NCBI GenBank assembly: GCA_003223555.1
Contig: QHVM01000086.1
Coordinates: forward strand, 4,596 to 68,595
Reading direction: 5' to 3'
Source: Acidobacteriota bacterium
GTDB lineage: Bacteria > Acidobacteriota > Vicinamibacteria > Fen-336
Length of the DNA: 64,000 nucleotides
The translations under genes were made by a program, and so were the position numbers. The notes below the pieces were generated by a model. That model did not search any database and had not been told where the DNA came from. It saw nothing but the letters and a program-made list of their open reading frames with translations. Within the stretch, counting starts at the first letter, position 1. Every line of letters starts with the position of its first letter. Below are positions 27,317-34,850 of this stretch, piece by piece.

Positions 27317-28733
27317 CTCCGCGCTTCCGGATGCGCGGCATCCGGAAGGCCTTCGGCGCCACCGTCGCCCTCGACGGCGTGGACCTGGAGGTCGCGCCCG
27401 GCGAGGTGTGCGCGCTCGTGGGCCAGAACGGCGCCGGCAAGAGCACGCTCATGGCCGTCCTCTCCGGCGCCCTCGCCCCCGACGGCGGCGAGATGACGCT
27501 CGACGGCGCGCCGTACCGGCCGCGCGACCCGCTGGAGGCCAGGCAGGCCGGGGTGGCGATGATCTACCAGGAGCTGTCGCTGGCTCCGCACCTCTCCGTG
27601 ATGGAGAACGTCGCGCTGGGCATGGAGCCCACCCGGCTCGGCCTGATGCGGTGGGACGAGACCCGGCGGCGGGCCCGGGCGGCGCTGGCCCAGCTCGAGC
27701 ATGCCGAGATCGCCCCCGAGACGCCGGTGTCGCGGCTCTCGGTGGCCGGCCAGCAGCTCGTGGAGATCGCGCGCGCGTTCGCCGTCGGGTGCCGGGTGCT
27801 GGTGCTGGACGAGCCCACGAGCAGCCTCGCCCAGGCCGACGCCCGGCGGCTCTTCGAGCTGGTGGCCCGGCTGAAGGACCAGGGCCATGCGATCGTCTAC
27901 ATCTCGCACTTCCTGGAGGAGGTGAAGCAGGTCGCGGACCGCTTCGTCGTCCTGCGCGACGGTCGCAACGCCGGTGGGGGGCGCACGGCCGACGCCTCGC
28001 CGCGCGAGATCGTGGCGATGATGGTCGGGTCCGCGGTGGGAGAGGTGTATCCCCGCTCCGCGCGGCGGCGAGGCGAGCCCATCCTGGAGGTCGGCGGCTG
28101 GGGACCCGGCTCGGCTCCGCTGACGCTGCACCGCGGGGAAGTCGTGGGCATCGCGGGCCTGCTCGGCGCCGGACGGACGAGCCTGTCAAGGCGATCGAGG
28201 GCTTCCACTCCCCGACCCGCCGCTGGCGGCAAGGCGTGGGCTTCCTCAGCGAGGACCGCAAGGACGAGGGCCTGGCGCTGGGGCTGAGCGTGGCCGACAA
28301 CATGACGCTGTCCCGTCTGGCCGGGCTGGGGCCGGGGCCGCTCGTCCTGCCCCGGCCCCAGGCGCGGGCCGCGGCCGGCCTCATCCAGCGGCTGGGGATC
28401 CGCTGCCGCGGGGCGGCCCAGGCGGTGCGCGAGCTGTCGGGCGGCAACCAGCAGAAGGTGGCCCTCGCGCGCCTGCTTCATCACGACGCCGACCTGCTGC
28501 TGCTCGACGAGCCGACGCGCGGCATCGACGTCGCGAGCAAGACGCAGATCTACGCCCTCGTCGACGCGCTCGTCGCCGATCCGGGAGAGGGACGGCCGGC
28601 CCGCGCGGTGCTCTTCGTGAGCAGCTACTTCCCGGAGCTGCTCGGCCTCTCCGACCGGATCGCGGTGATGTCCTCCGAGCTGGACGAGCACCGTCTGATC
28701 CTGGAAGCGGCGGGCACGAAGGGCGCGGCGTGA
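27301..28733 (+). pseudogene. sugar ABC transporter ATP-binding protein (two fused ATPase domains), reading frame broken near 28179-28183
   Basis: Domain 1 (GQNGAGKST, LSVAGQQ, VLVLDEPTS) and the second Walker A (GLLGAGRT) are in one frame. The rest (VGFLSEDRKDEGL, LSGGNQQK, LLLLDEPTRGID) is in the 27408 frame. About 16 residues after Walker A are missing. Confidence 0.8.
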
Positions 28734-29683
28734 AGGCGCGCGAGCTGCTGAGCCGGGGCGGGCCCTTCCTCGGCCTGGTGCTGGTGAGCGCCCTCTTCGG
28801 CGGGCTGGTCGGCCCCCAGTTCTTCACGCCGGGGAACCTGGAGCTGATCGCCCGCCAGACCGCGATCGTGGGCATGGCCGCGCTGGGGATGACGCTGGTG
28901 ATCGCGTCGGCGGGCATCGACCTGTCGGTCGGATCGGTGATCTCGCTGAGCACGGTGGTGGTCGCTCTCCTGCTCCGCCACGCGGCGAGCCCCGCCTTGG
29001 CCGCCCTGGCGGCGGTGGCGGCGGCCGCGGTGTGCGGCCTCGTCACCGGCCTGCTCGTCACCGGGCTCCGGGTCGTCCCCTTCATCGTTACGCTGGGGAT
29101 GATGCTGCTCGTCCGCGGGGCGGCCAAGGGACTGGCCGAGGAGCGCCGCATCGAGGCGCCGGTCACGTGGCTGAACGACCTGCTGCGCACGCACGCGGCG
29201 GGGGTCGGGGTGCTGCTGCCCACCGGCATCTGGGTGCTGCTCGCGATGGCGCTGCTGGTCGCCGGCGTGCTGCGCTACACCCGCTTCGGGCGCCACCTGC
29301 TGGCCATCGGCTCCAACGAGCGCACCGCGCGGCTGTGCGGGGTGCGGGTGGGGCGCTGCACGGTGGCGGTCTACGCGATCGAGGCCGCCCTGACCGGGCT
29401 GGCCGGCGTGATGCAGTTCGCGAAGCTCTCGGTCGGGGACCCGACGGTCGCGGTGGGGCTCGAGCTCGACGTCATCGCGGCGGTGATCATCGGAGGGGGC
29501 AGCCTGACCGGCGGCCGGGGCACCGTCTTCGGCACGCTGGTCGGGGCGGTGCTCATGACCGTGATCCAGATCGGATGCTCGCAGCGCGGGCTTCCCAACT
29601 GGGTGCAGCAGATCGTGACCGGAGGAGTGATCGTGGCCGCGGTGGCCATCGACCACTGGCGCCAGCGCGCCCAGGCCGCGTAG
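28730..29683 (+). CDS. sugar ABC transporter permease (RbsC/branched-chain type)
   Basis: 317 aa, about 9-10 TM. The segments IDLSVGSV and GGGSLTGGRGTVFGTLVGA are typical of this permease family. It has a GTGA overlap with the ATPase stop. Confidence 0.85.
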   Translation: MKARELLSRGGPFLGLVLVSALFGGLVGPQFFTPGNLELIARQTAIVGMAALGMTLVIASAGIDLSVGSVISLSTVVVALLLRHAASPALAALAAVAAAAVCGLVTGLLVTGLRVVPFIVTLGMMLLVRGAAKGLAEERRIEAPVTWLNDLLRTHAAGVGVLLPTGIWVLLAMALLVAGVLRYTRFGRHLLAIGSNERTARLCGVRVGRCTVAVYAIEAALTGLAGVMQFAKLSVGDPTVAVGLELDVIAAVIIGGGSLTGGRGTVFGTLVGAVLMTVIQIGCSQRGLPNWVQQIVTGGVIVAAVAIDHWRQRAQAA

Positions 29684-29713
29684 CCGTGGAGCTGGAAGCA
29701 ACGAACAACGGCC

Positions 29714-29795
29714 GCGAGCGGAGCGGGATTCACTCCCGCGTAGCGAGGGGGGGTCTGGGGGGCGCGCCGCTAGCGCCCCCCAGCTCAAAGACGAT
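29714..29795 (+). repeat. double-hairpin intergenic repeat, copy C1 (first of a tandem pair)
   Basis: GCGAGCGGAGCGGGATTCACTCCCGCGTAGCGAGGGGGGGTCTGGGGGGCGCGCCGCTAGCGCCCCCCAGCTCAAAGACGAT. Confidence 0.85.
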
Positions 29796-29875
29796 GCGGA
29801 GCGGGATTCACTCCCGCGTAGCGAGGGGGGGTCTGGGGGGCGCGCCGCTAGCGCCCTCCAGCTCAAAGACGATGC
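29796..29875 (+). repeat. double-hairpin intergenic repeat, copy C2 (second of a tandem pair, 78-bp period)
   Basis: GCGGAGCGGGATTCACTCCCGCGTAGCGAGGGGGGGTCTGGGGGGCGCGCCGCTAGCGCCCTCCAGCTCAAAGACGAT. It is near-identical to C1, with one mismatch in the 3' arm of hairpin 2. Confidence 0.85.
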
Positions 29876-29880
29876 GGGGA

Positions 29881-30666
29881 TCAGTCGGCGGTGGCCTTGA
29901 GCGAGCCGGTCGTGATGCCGCCGTCGACGAGCAGGGTCTGGCCGGTGACGTAGGCGCTCGCCTCCGAGGCGAGAAACACGATCGCGCCGTCGAGGTCGTC
30001 GGGCAGCCCCGGGCGGTGGAGGGGGATGCGCTCGCGGAGGTACTCGACCCAGCTCGGGTTCTCGTAGAGGACCTTGTTCTGCTCGGTCCGGAACCAGCCG
30101 GGGGCGAGGCAGTTGACGTTGATGCCGTGGCGCCCCCACTCGTCGGCCAGGCTCATCGTGAGCTGCTTGACCCCCCCCCGGCTGGCGCAGTAGGGAGCGA
30201 TGCCGCCGTAGCCGAAGACCGACGTCACCGAGCCGATGTTGACGATGCGGCCGTAGCCGCGGGGGATCATCCGCCGCGCCACCGCCTGGGCCACGAAGAA
30301 GGTGCCGCGGAGGTTGGTGTCGAGCACCTTGTTCCAGTCCTCCCAGGCCACCTCGACCGAAGGCTTGCGCACGTTGCAGCCCGCGTTGTTGACGAGGATG
30401 TCGACCTTGCCGAAGGCGGCCTCGGCCTCCTCGGCCATGTTCCGGATGCTGGCCTCGTCGCGCACGTCGAGGGAGAGGGAGGCCGCGCCCCGGCCGAGGG
30501 CGCGGAGCTCGCGCGCGAAGCTCTCGGTGTCCTCGCGCCGCCGGGCGGTCACGACCAGGTCCGCTCCGGCCTGGGCGAGGGCGCGCGCGAGGTACTGGCC
30601 GAGGCCGCGGCTGGCGCCGGTGACCAGGGCGACGCGGCCCGAGAGATCGAAGAAGTTCTTGACCAT
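29881..30666 (-). CDS. SDR oxidoreductase (gluconate-5-dehydrogenase / KduD-like)
   Basis: 261 aa. TGASRGLG, NNAG and YCASRGGV (YxxxR in place of YxxxK) motifs are typical of a classical SDR. Confidence 0.85.
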   Translation of the reverse strand: MVKNFFDLSGRVALVTGASRGLGQYLARALAQAGADLVVTARRREDTESFARELRALGRGAASLSLDVRDEASIRNMAEEAEAAFGKVDILVNNAGCNVRKPSVEVAWEDWNKVLDTNLRGTFFVAQAVARRMIPRGYGRIVNIGSVTSVFGYGGIAPYCASRGGVKQLTMSLADEWGRHGINVNCLAPGWFRTEQNKVLYENPSWVEYLRERIPLHRPGLPDDLDGAIVFLASEASAYVTGQTLLVDGGITTGSLKATAD

Positions 30667-30693
30667 GGGACCTCCGACTCGCCCCGGCGTCGC

Positions 30694-31704
30694 TCAGGCG
30701 TTGGGCTTGAGGATGACCTTCATGAGGCCGGGCTCCCGGTGGTGGAGCCGGCGGAACCAGAGCGGGCCTTCCTCGAGGGGGGCGGTGGCCGAGATGAAGC
30801 GGTCCACCCGGACCTTCCCGGACGCGATCAGCGCGAGGGACTCCGGGTACTCGCCGTTCGAGGCGCAGGAGCCCTGCAGGCGGATCTGCCGCGTCACCAC
30901 CGACTGGATCGGGAGGGTGACCTCCGGGGCCATCAGGCCGACGAGCGTCACGCATCCGCCTTTGCGGACGGCGGCGATGGAGGCGCGCACGGTGGCCTCG
31001 ATGCCGACCGCCTCGAGGGCCACGTCGGCCCCGCGGCCGCCGGTGAGCGAGCGGATCGCCTCCACCGAGTCGGCCGTCCGGGAGTTGACGGCGTGGGTGG
31101 CGCCCAGCTCGCGGGCCAGCGCGAGGCGGTCGTCCTCGATGTCGACCGCCACGATGCGGCGGACGGAGGCGGCTTTCAGGACCTCCCCGAAGACCGCCAC
31201 CGTGTCGTCCGGGGCCACGGGCGTGAGGTTCCGCGCGTGGACCGCCACGGAGACCGGCTCCGCCATCGCCGCGTGCTCGAAGCTCATCCCGGGGGGGAGC
31301 GGGTAGACGATGTGCGCGGGCACCGAGACCAGCTCCGCGAAGGCCCCGTCCTGCCGGTAGTCCTCGCACGAGACCCCGAGCACGCGCCGGTCGTCGCAGA
31401 GGTTGGCCAGGCCGCGCTGCGAGAAGAAGCTCTCCGGGTTGTATACCGTGGAGTCGAACGTGACCCGGTCTCCGGGCTTCAGCCCTTCGACCCGCGGCCC
31501 GACCCGCTCGACGAGGCCGGCCGCCTCGTGCCCCATGACGACCGGCGGCCGGCGGCGGCCGGTGCTGCCGTCCAGGCCGTGGATGTCGCTGCCGCAGATG
31601 CCGCACGCCATCACCCGCACCAGCACGTCGCGTGGTCCCACCGCGGGCTCGGGCCGGTCCTGCACCTCCAGCTCGCCGTACGCCTTCAGCACCAGCGCCC
31701 TCAT
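30694..31704 (-). CDS. zinc-dependent medium-chain alcohol/polyol dehydrogenase
   Basis: MRALVLK.. start (AAGGGA 6 nt upstream; track ORF begins 18 nt earlier). Motifs CGICGSDIH and GHEAAG, plus the Rossmann stretch VAVFG. Confidence 0.85.
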   Translation of the reverse strand: MRALVLKAYGELEVQDRPEPAVGPRDVLVRVMACGICGSDIHGLDGSTGRRRPPVVMGHEAAGLVERVGPRVEGLKPGDRVTFDSTVYNPESFFSQRGLANLCDDRRVLGVSCEDYRQDGAFAELVSVPAHIVYPLPPGMSFEHAAMAEPVSVAVHARNLTPVAPDDTVAVFGEVLKAASVRRIVAVDIEDDRLALARELGATHAVNSRTADSVEAIRSLTGGRGADVALEAVGIEATVRASIAAVRKGGCVTLVGLMAPEVTLPIQSVVTRQIRLQGSCASNGEYPESLALIASGKVRVDRFISATAPLEEGPLWFRRLHHREPGLMKVILKPNA

Positions 31705-31778
31705 GGTGTCCCTTACTACCACGTTCCGCGTCCGCTCCGCCAGCGCAGCGGGCGCCCTTGCCAGGAGAGAGATCGCCC

Positions 31779-32805
31779 ATGACGAACCGCCGCGCGTTCC
31801 TCGCCGCCACCCTCACGTCGACCGCGGGCGCCGTGCTCGCCCGGGCCGCGCGGGCCGACGAGCGCGACTGGTCGGGGGTCCGCCCGGTCCGCTATCCGGA
31901 TCCCGACGTGGTCGCGCTCGACCCGCGCTTCCAGAAATACAAGCTCGGCAACGCCGCCATCCAGCGCCTGCACACCGGCATGGCCTGGGCGGAGGGTCCG
32001 GCCTGGAGCACCGGCGGGCGTTACCTGGTATGGAGCGACATCCCCAACGACGTCCTGCTCCGGCGTCTCGACGAGGACGGCCACGTGGTCCGGCAACGTC
32101 AACGGCAACACGTTCGACTTCGAGGGGCGGCAGATCTCGTGCGAGCACGCCAACCGGCGCGTGGTCCGCCACGAGCACTCGGGGGCGGTGACCGTGCTCG
32201 CCGAGCGCTGGAACGGCAAGCCGCTCAATGCCCCCAACGACGTCGTGGTCCATCCCGACGGGGGGATCTGGTTCACCGACCCCGGCTACGGCAGCATGGT
32301 GAACTACGAGGGGCACAAGGGAGACCTGCAGGTGAAGGAGGCGGTCTACCGGATCGATCCCCAGGGAGGGCGGATGGACCTCGTCTCCGACGAGCTGAAG
32401 AAGCCGAACGGACTCTGCTTCTCGCCCGACCAGCGGAAGCTCTACGTCGTCGACACTGGAGTCTCGCCGCCGGGGATCATCCAGGTGTACGACGTCGTCG
32501 ACGGCCGCCGGTTGTCCGGCAGCCGGCTCTTCGCGAAGATGGAGCTGAGCGGCAAGCAGGGCGGCTCCGACGGCGTCCGCACGGACGTCGACGGGAACTT
32601 GTGGGCGAGCGCGGGCTGGGGCGGCGACGGGTTCGACGGCGTGCACGTGTTCGCGCCTGACGGGAATCGCATCGGCCTCATCCGCCTGCCCGAGACCGCC
32701 TCCAACGTCTGCTTCGGCGGGGCCAAGCGGAACCGCCTGTTCGTGACCGCCAGCCAATCGCTCTACGCGCTCTACGTCGAGACCCAGGGCGCCCACATCG
32801 CGTGA
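31779..32805 (+). pseudogene. SMP-30/gluconolactonase/LRE-like lactonase with Tat signal, reading frame broken near 32088
   Basis: The Tat-type start MTNRRAFLAATL and the segment AEGPAWSTGGRYLVWSDIPNDVLLRRLDEDGHV are in one frame. SGNVNGNTFDFEGRQISCEHANRRVVRHE..NAPNDVVVHPDGGIWFTDP..SNVCFGG is in the 32161 frame. About 6 residues are missing at the junction. Confidence 0.8.
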
Positions 32806-32816
32806 GAGGCACTGCT

Positions 32817-32892
32817 GCGAGCGGAGCGGGATTCACTCCCGCGAAGCGAGCGGGGGGTCTGGGGGGTGCGCCGCTAGCACCCCCCAGCTAAA
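32817..32892 (+). repeat. double-hairpin intergenic repeat, copy D
   Basis: GCGAGCGGAGCGGGATTCACTCCCGCGAAGCGAGCGGGGGGTCTGGGGGGTGCGCCGCTAGCACCCCCCAGCTAAAAC. It ends 2 nt before the SDR ATG. Confidence 0.85.
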
Positions 32893-32894
32893 AC

Positions 32895-33677
32895 ATGGAA
32901 TATTCCGACAAGGTCGTCATCGTCACCGGGGGAAGCAAGGGGATCGGCGAAGGCTGCGTGCGCGTCTTCGTCGAGGCGGGGTCCAGGGTCGTCTTCTGCG
33001 CGCGCAGGCGGGAGGCGGGGGAGGCGCTGGCCCGAGAGGTCACCGCGAAAGGCCCCGGGGAGGCGCACTTCGTCGCCTGCGATGTCTCGAAGATGGAGGA
33101 CATCCGCCGTCTCGTCGAAGGCACCGTCGAGCGCTACGGGCGCATCGACTGTCTCATCAACAACGCCGGCTGGCATCCACCCCACAAGCCGATCGACGGC
33201 TTCACGGTGGATGAGTTCCGCCGGCTCCTCGACCTGAACCTGGTGAGCATCTTCGCCGCCTGCCAGCTCGCCCTGCCTCACCTCCGGAAGACGAAGGGCA
33301 ACATCATCAACCTGTCGAGCCTGGTCGGCCGCATGGGCCAGCTCCACGCCACCACCTACGTGGCGACCAAGGGGGCCGTCACCGCCTTCACCAAGGCGCT
33401 GGCCATCGACGAGGCGGCCCACGACGTCCGTGTGAACTCGGTGTCCCCGGGGAACATCTACACGCCGCTGTGGCAGGAGGCGATCGACGCCGCGCCCGAT
33501 CCCGCCCGCTGCCGCGCCGACGGGGAGGCGGCCCAGGTCCTGGGCCGCATGGGGACGATCGAGGAGACGGGGCGCCTCTGCCTGTTCCTGGCCGCGGAGG
33601 CCACCTTCACGACCGGCGTCGACCACGTCCAGTCGGGGGGCGCCGAGCTGGGCTACGGCCGGAAGACGCGTCATTGA
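32895..33677 (+). CDS. SDR oxidoreductase (candidate L-fucose 1-dehydrogenase)
   Basis: 260 aa. TGGSKGIG, NNAG and YVATKGAV motifs. The overall sequence resembles HSD17B14-type SDRs, which have been reported to oxidise L-fucose. The role is inferred from context. Confidence 0.8.
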   Translation: MEYSDKVVIVTGGSKGIGEGCVRVFVEAGSRVVFCARRREAGEALAREVTAKGPGEAHFVACDVSKMEDIRRLVEGTVERYGRIDCLINNAGWHPPHKPIDGFTVDEFRRLLDLNLVSIFAACQLALPHLRKTKGNIINLSSLVGRMGQLHATTYVATKGAVTAFTKALAIDEAAHDVRVNSVSPGNIYTPLWQEAIDAAPDPARCRADGEAAQVLGRMGTIEETGRLCLFLAAEATFTTGVDHVQSGGAELGYGRKTRH

Positions 33678-33809
33678 GCAAGGGGGCGCTAGCGGCGCGC
33701 CCCCTTGAACCCCCGCTCGCGTCTTCCGCGGCGACGAAGTGAATTCGCCGCCGCTCATTTTGCGGGGCCGCTTCGCGGCCCCGGGGTGAGTGAATCCCGC
33801 TCCGCTCGC
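33674..33809 (-). repeat. two decayed reverse-orientation copies of the double-hairpin repeat
   Basis: The plus strand reads TTGAGCAAGGGGGCGCTAGCGGCGCGCCCCCTTGAACCCCCGCTCGC..., then GCGGGGCCGCTTCGCGGCCCCGGGGTGAGTGAATCCCGCTCCGCTCGC. This is the reverse complement of the consensus with many substitutions. A new hairpin GGGGCCGC-TTC-GCGGCCCC is present. Confidence 0.65.
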
Positions 33810-33889
33810 AGCCGTTGCTCGTTCGCCTCCACTCCTTCGCTGCGGTCTCTGCGCGTTCTCTGCGGTCTCTGCGTTCCAGCGCCGACGGC

Positions 33890-34639
33890 CTAGGTGCCCT
33901 CCTCGGTGGCGAGGGCGAGCTGGGCCAGGCGGATGTGCTCCTCCATGGCCGCGCGCGCGGACTCCCCGTCGCGGGCCCGGATGGCCTGATAGATCTTCCG
34001 GTGAGCGTCGGCGGACTCGCGCAGGTTGCGGGCCCGCTCGATCGTCACCCGCCGCTGCTCGAAGAACAGGGCGGCCACCGCCTCGATGATGGCCCCCAGC
34101 ATCGGGTTGTTGGCGGCCGCCGCCACCGCCCGGTGAAAGCGCAGGTCGTGGTCGAGGAAGGTCTGCGGCTGATGGAGCGCCGAATACATGCCGGTGACCT
34201 CGTCCGAGAGCGTCGCGATCTGCTCCGCCGACGCCCTCTCCGCGGCCAGCGACGCCGACCCGGCCTCCAGCACGCGGCGCACCTCCCAGAGGCCCCCCAG
34301 ATCCAGTCCGTGGAGGGAGGCGATGAGCCGCAGCGGCTCGCTGACGAGCGTCGGCGGACCGGCGGTGATGAACGTGCCGGCCCCCCGGCGCGTCTGCACG
34401 ACGCCCATGGCGGCCAGCGAGCGCAGGCCGGCCCGTACGCTCGTGCGGCTGACACCGACCTGCGAGGCCAGGTCGCGCTCCGAGGCGAGCCGGTCACCCG
34501 GACGGAGCGCGCCCCGTTCGATGAGGCCGCTCACGTGGAGCATCACCTGCTCGGCGGCCGCCGCGTCCTGGGAACCGTCGTTTCTGAGCGCGGAGGCCGC
34601 CATATCTAGCCGTTTACCTAAGCCCATGCTGTACCACAT
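33890..34639 (-). CDS. GntR/FadR-family transcriptional regulator
   Basis: The wHTH segment PGDRLASERDLASQVGVSRTSVRAGLRSLAAMGVVQTRRGAGTFI is followed by an FCD-type helical C-terminal domain. An alternative start (MAASALR) lies at 34603. Confidence 0.85.
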   Translation of the reverse strand: MWYSMGLGKRLDMAASALRNDGSQDAAAAEQVMLHVSGLIERGALRPGDRLASERDLASQVGVSRTSVRAGLRSLAAMGVVQTRRGAGTFITAGPPTLVSEPLRLIASLHGLDLGGLWEVRRVLEAGSASLAAERASAEQIATLSDEVTGMYSALHQPQTFLDHDLRFHRAVAAAANNPMLGAIIEAVAALFFEQRRVTIERARNLRESADAHRKIYQAIRARDGESARAAMEEHIRLAQLALATEEGT

Positions 34640-34850
34640 GTCAAGAGGTCCATCTACTGGTCCAACCTGACGATCGCATTTTCGGTATTGACACGTCAGT
34701 AAAGGCCGTGATACAGCCTTGAGTATAGAATCGGTCCCATAAGGAATCAGAGGCAGTCTTGAGTGGTTGGTCCACTCGGTTGCGATCGCGCTGGGCTTCG
34801 GCCCGCTTCCGGCGATCCGTGCCGGGGAAGGACTTCAGGAGGAGGGCCTG

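Noticed and set aside
28625-31816. 1063-aa minus-strand ORF spanning the permease, repeats, SDR and ADH
   Set aside because: It crosses strand-switching gene boundaries and the repeat pair, and its composition is Arg/Pro/Gly-rich. The real minus-strand genes (SDR, ADH) are in other frames with clear motifs.
25397-32892. The repeats as integron attC sites flanking gene cassettes
   Set aside because: Only copy B ends in a RYYYAAC-like GCTCAAC. Other copies differ at that position, and there is no inverse GTTRRRY core at the opposite end. The supposed cassettes form one coherent, translationally coupled pathway, and no intI gene is present.
24590-33809. The repeats as a CRISPR array
   Set aside because: Spacing is irregular (20 bp to 4 kb), and the intervening sequences are full-length metabolic genes. 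One pair is directly tandem and two copies are inverted. No cas genes are present.
24505-34089. Small ORFs encoding similar peptides (..SGIHSR..GG..; track ORFs 24505..24696, 29371..29733, 33705..33893, 33790..34089)
   Set aside because: Their similarity is a by-product of translating the DNA repeat. The frames differ between copies, and the ORFs overlap real genes or lie in spacers without start context.
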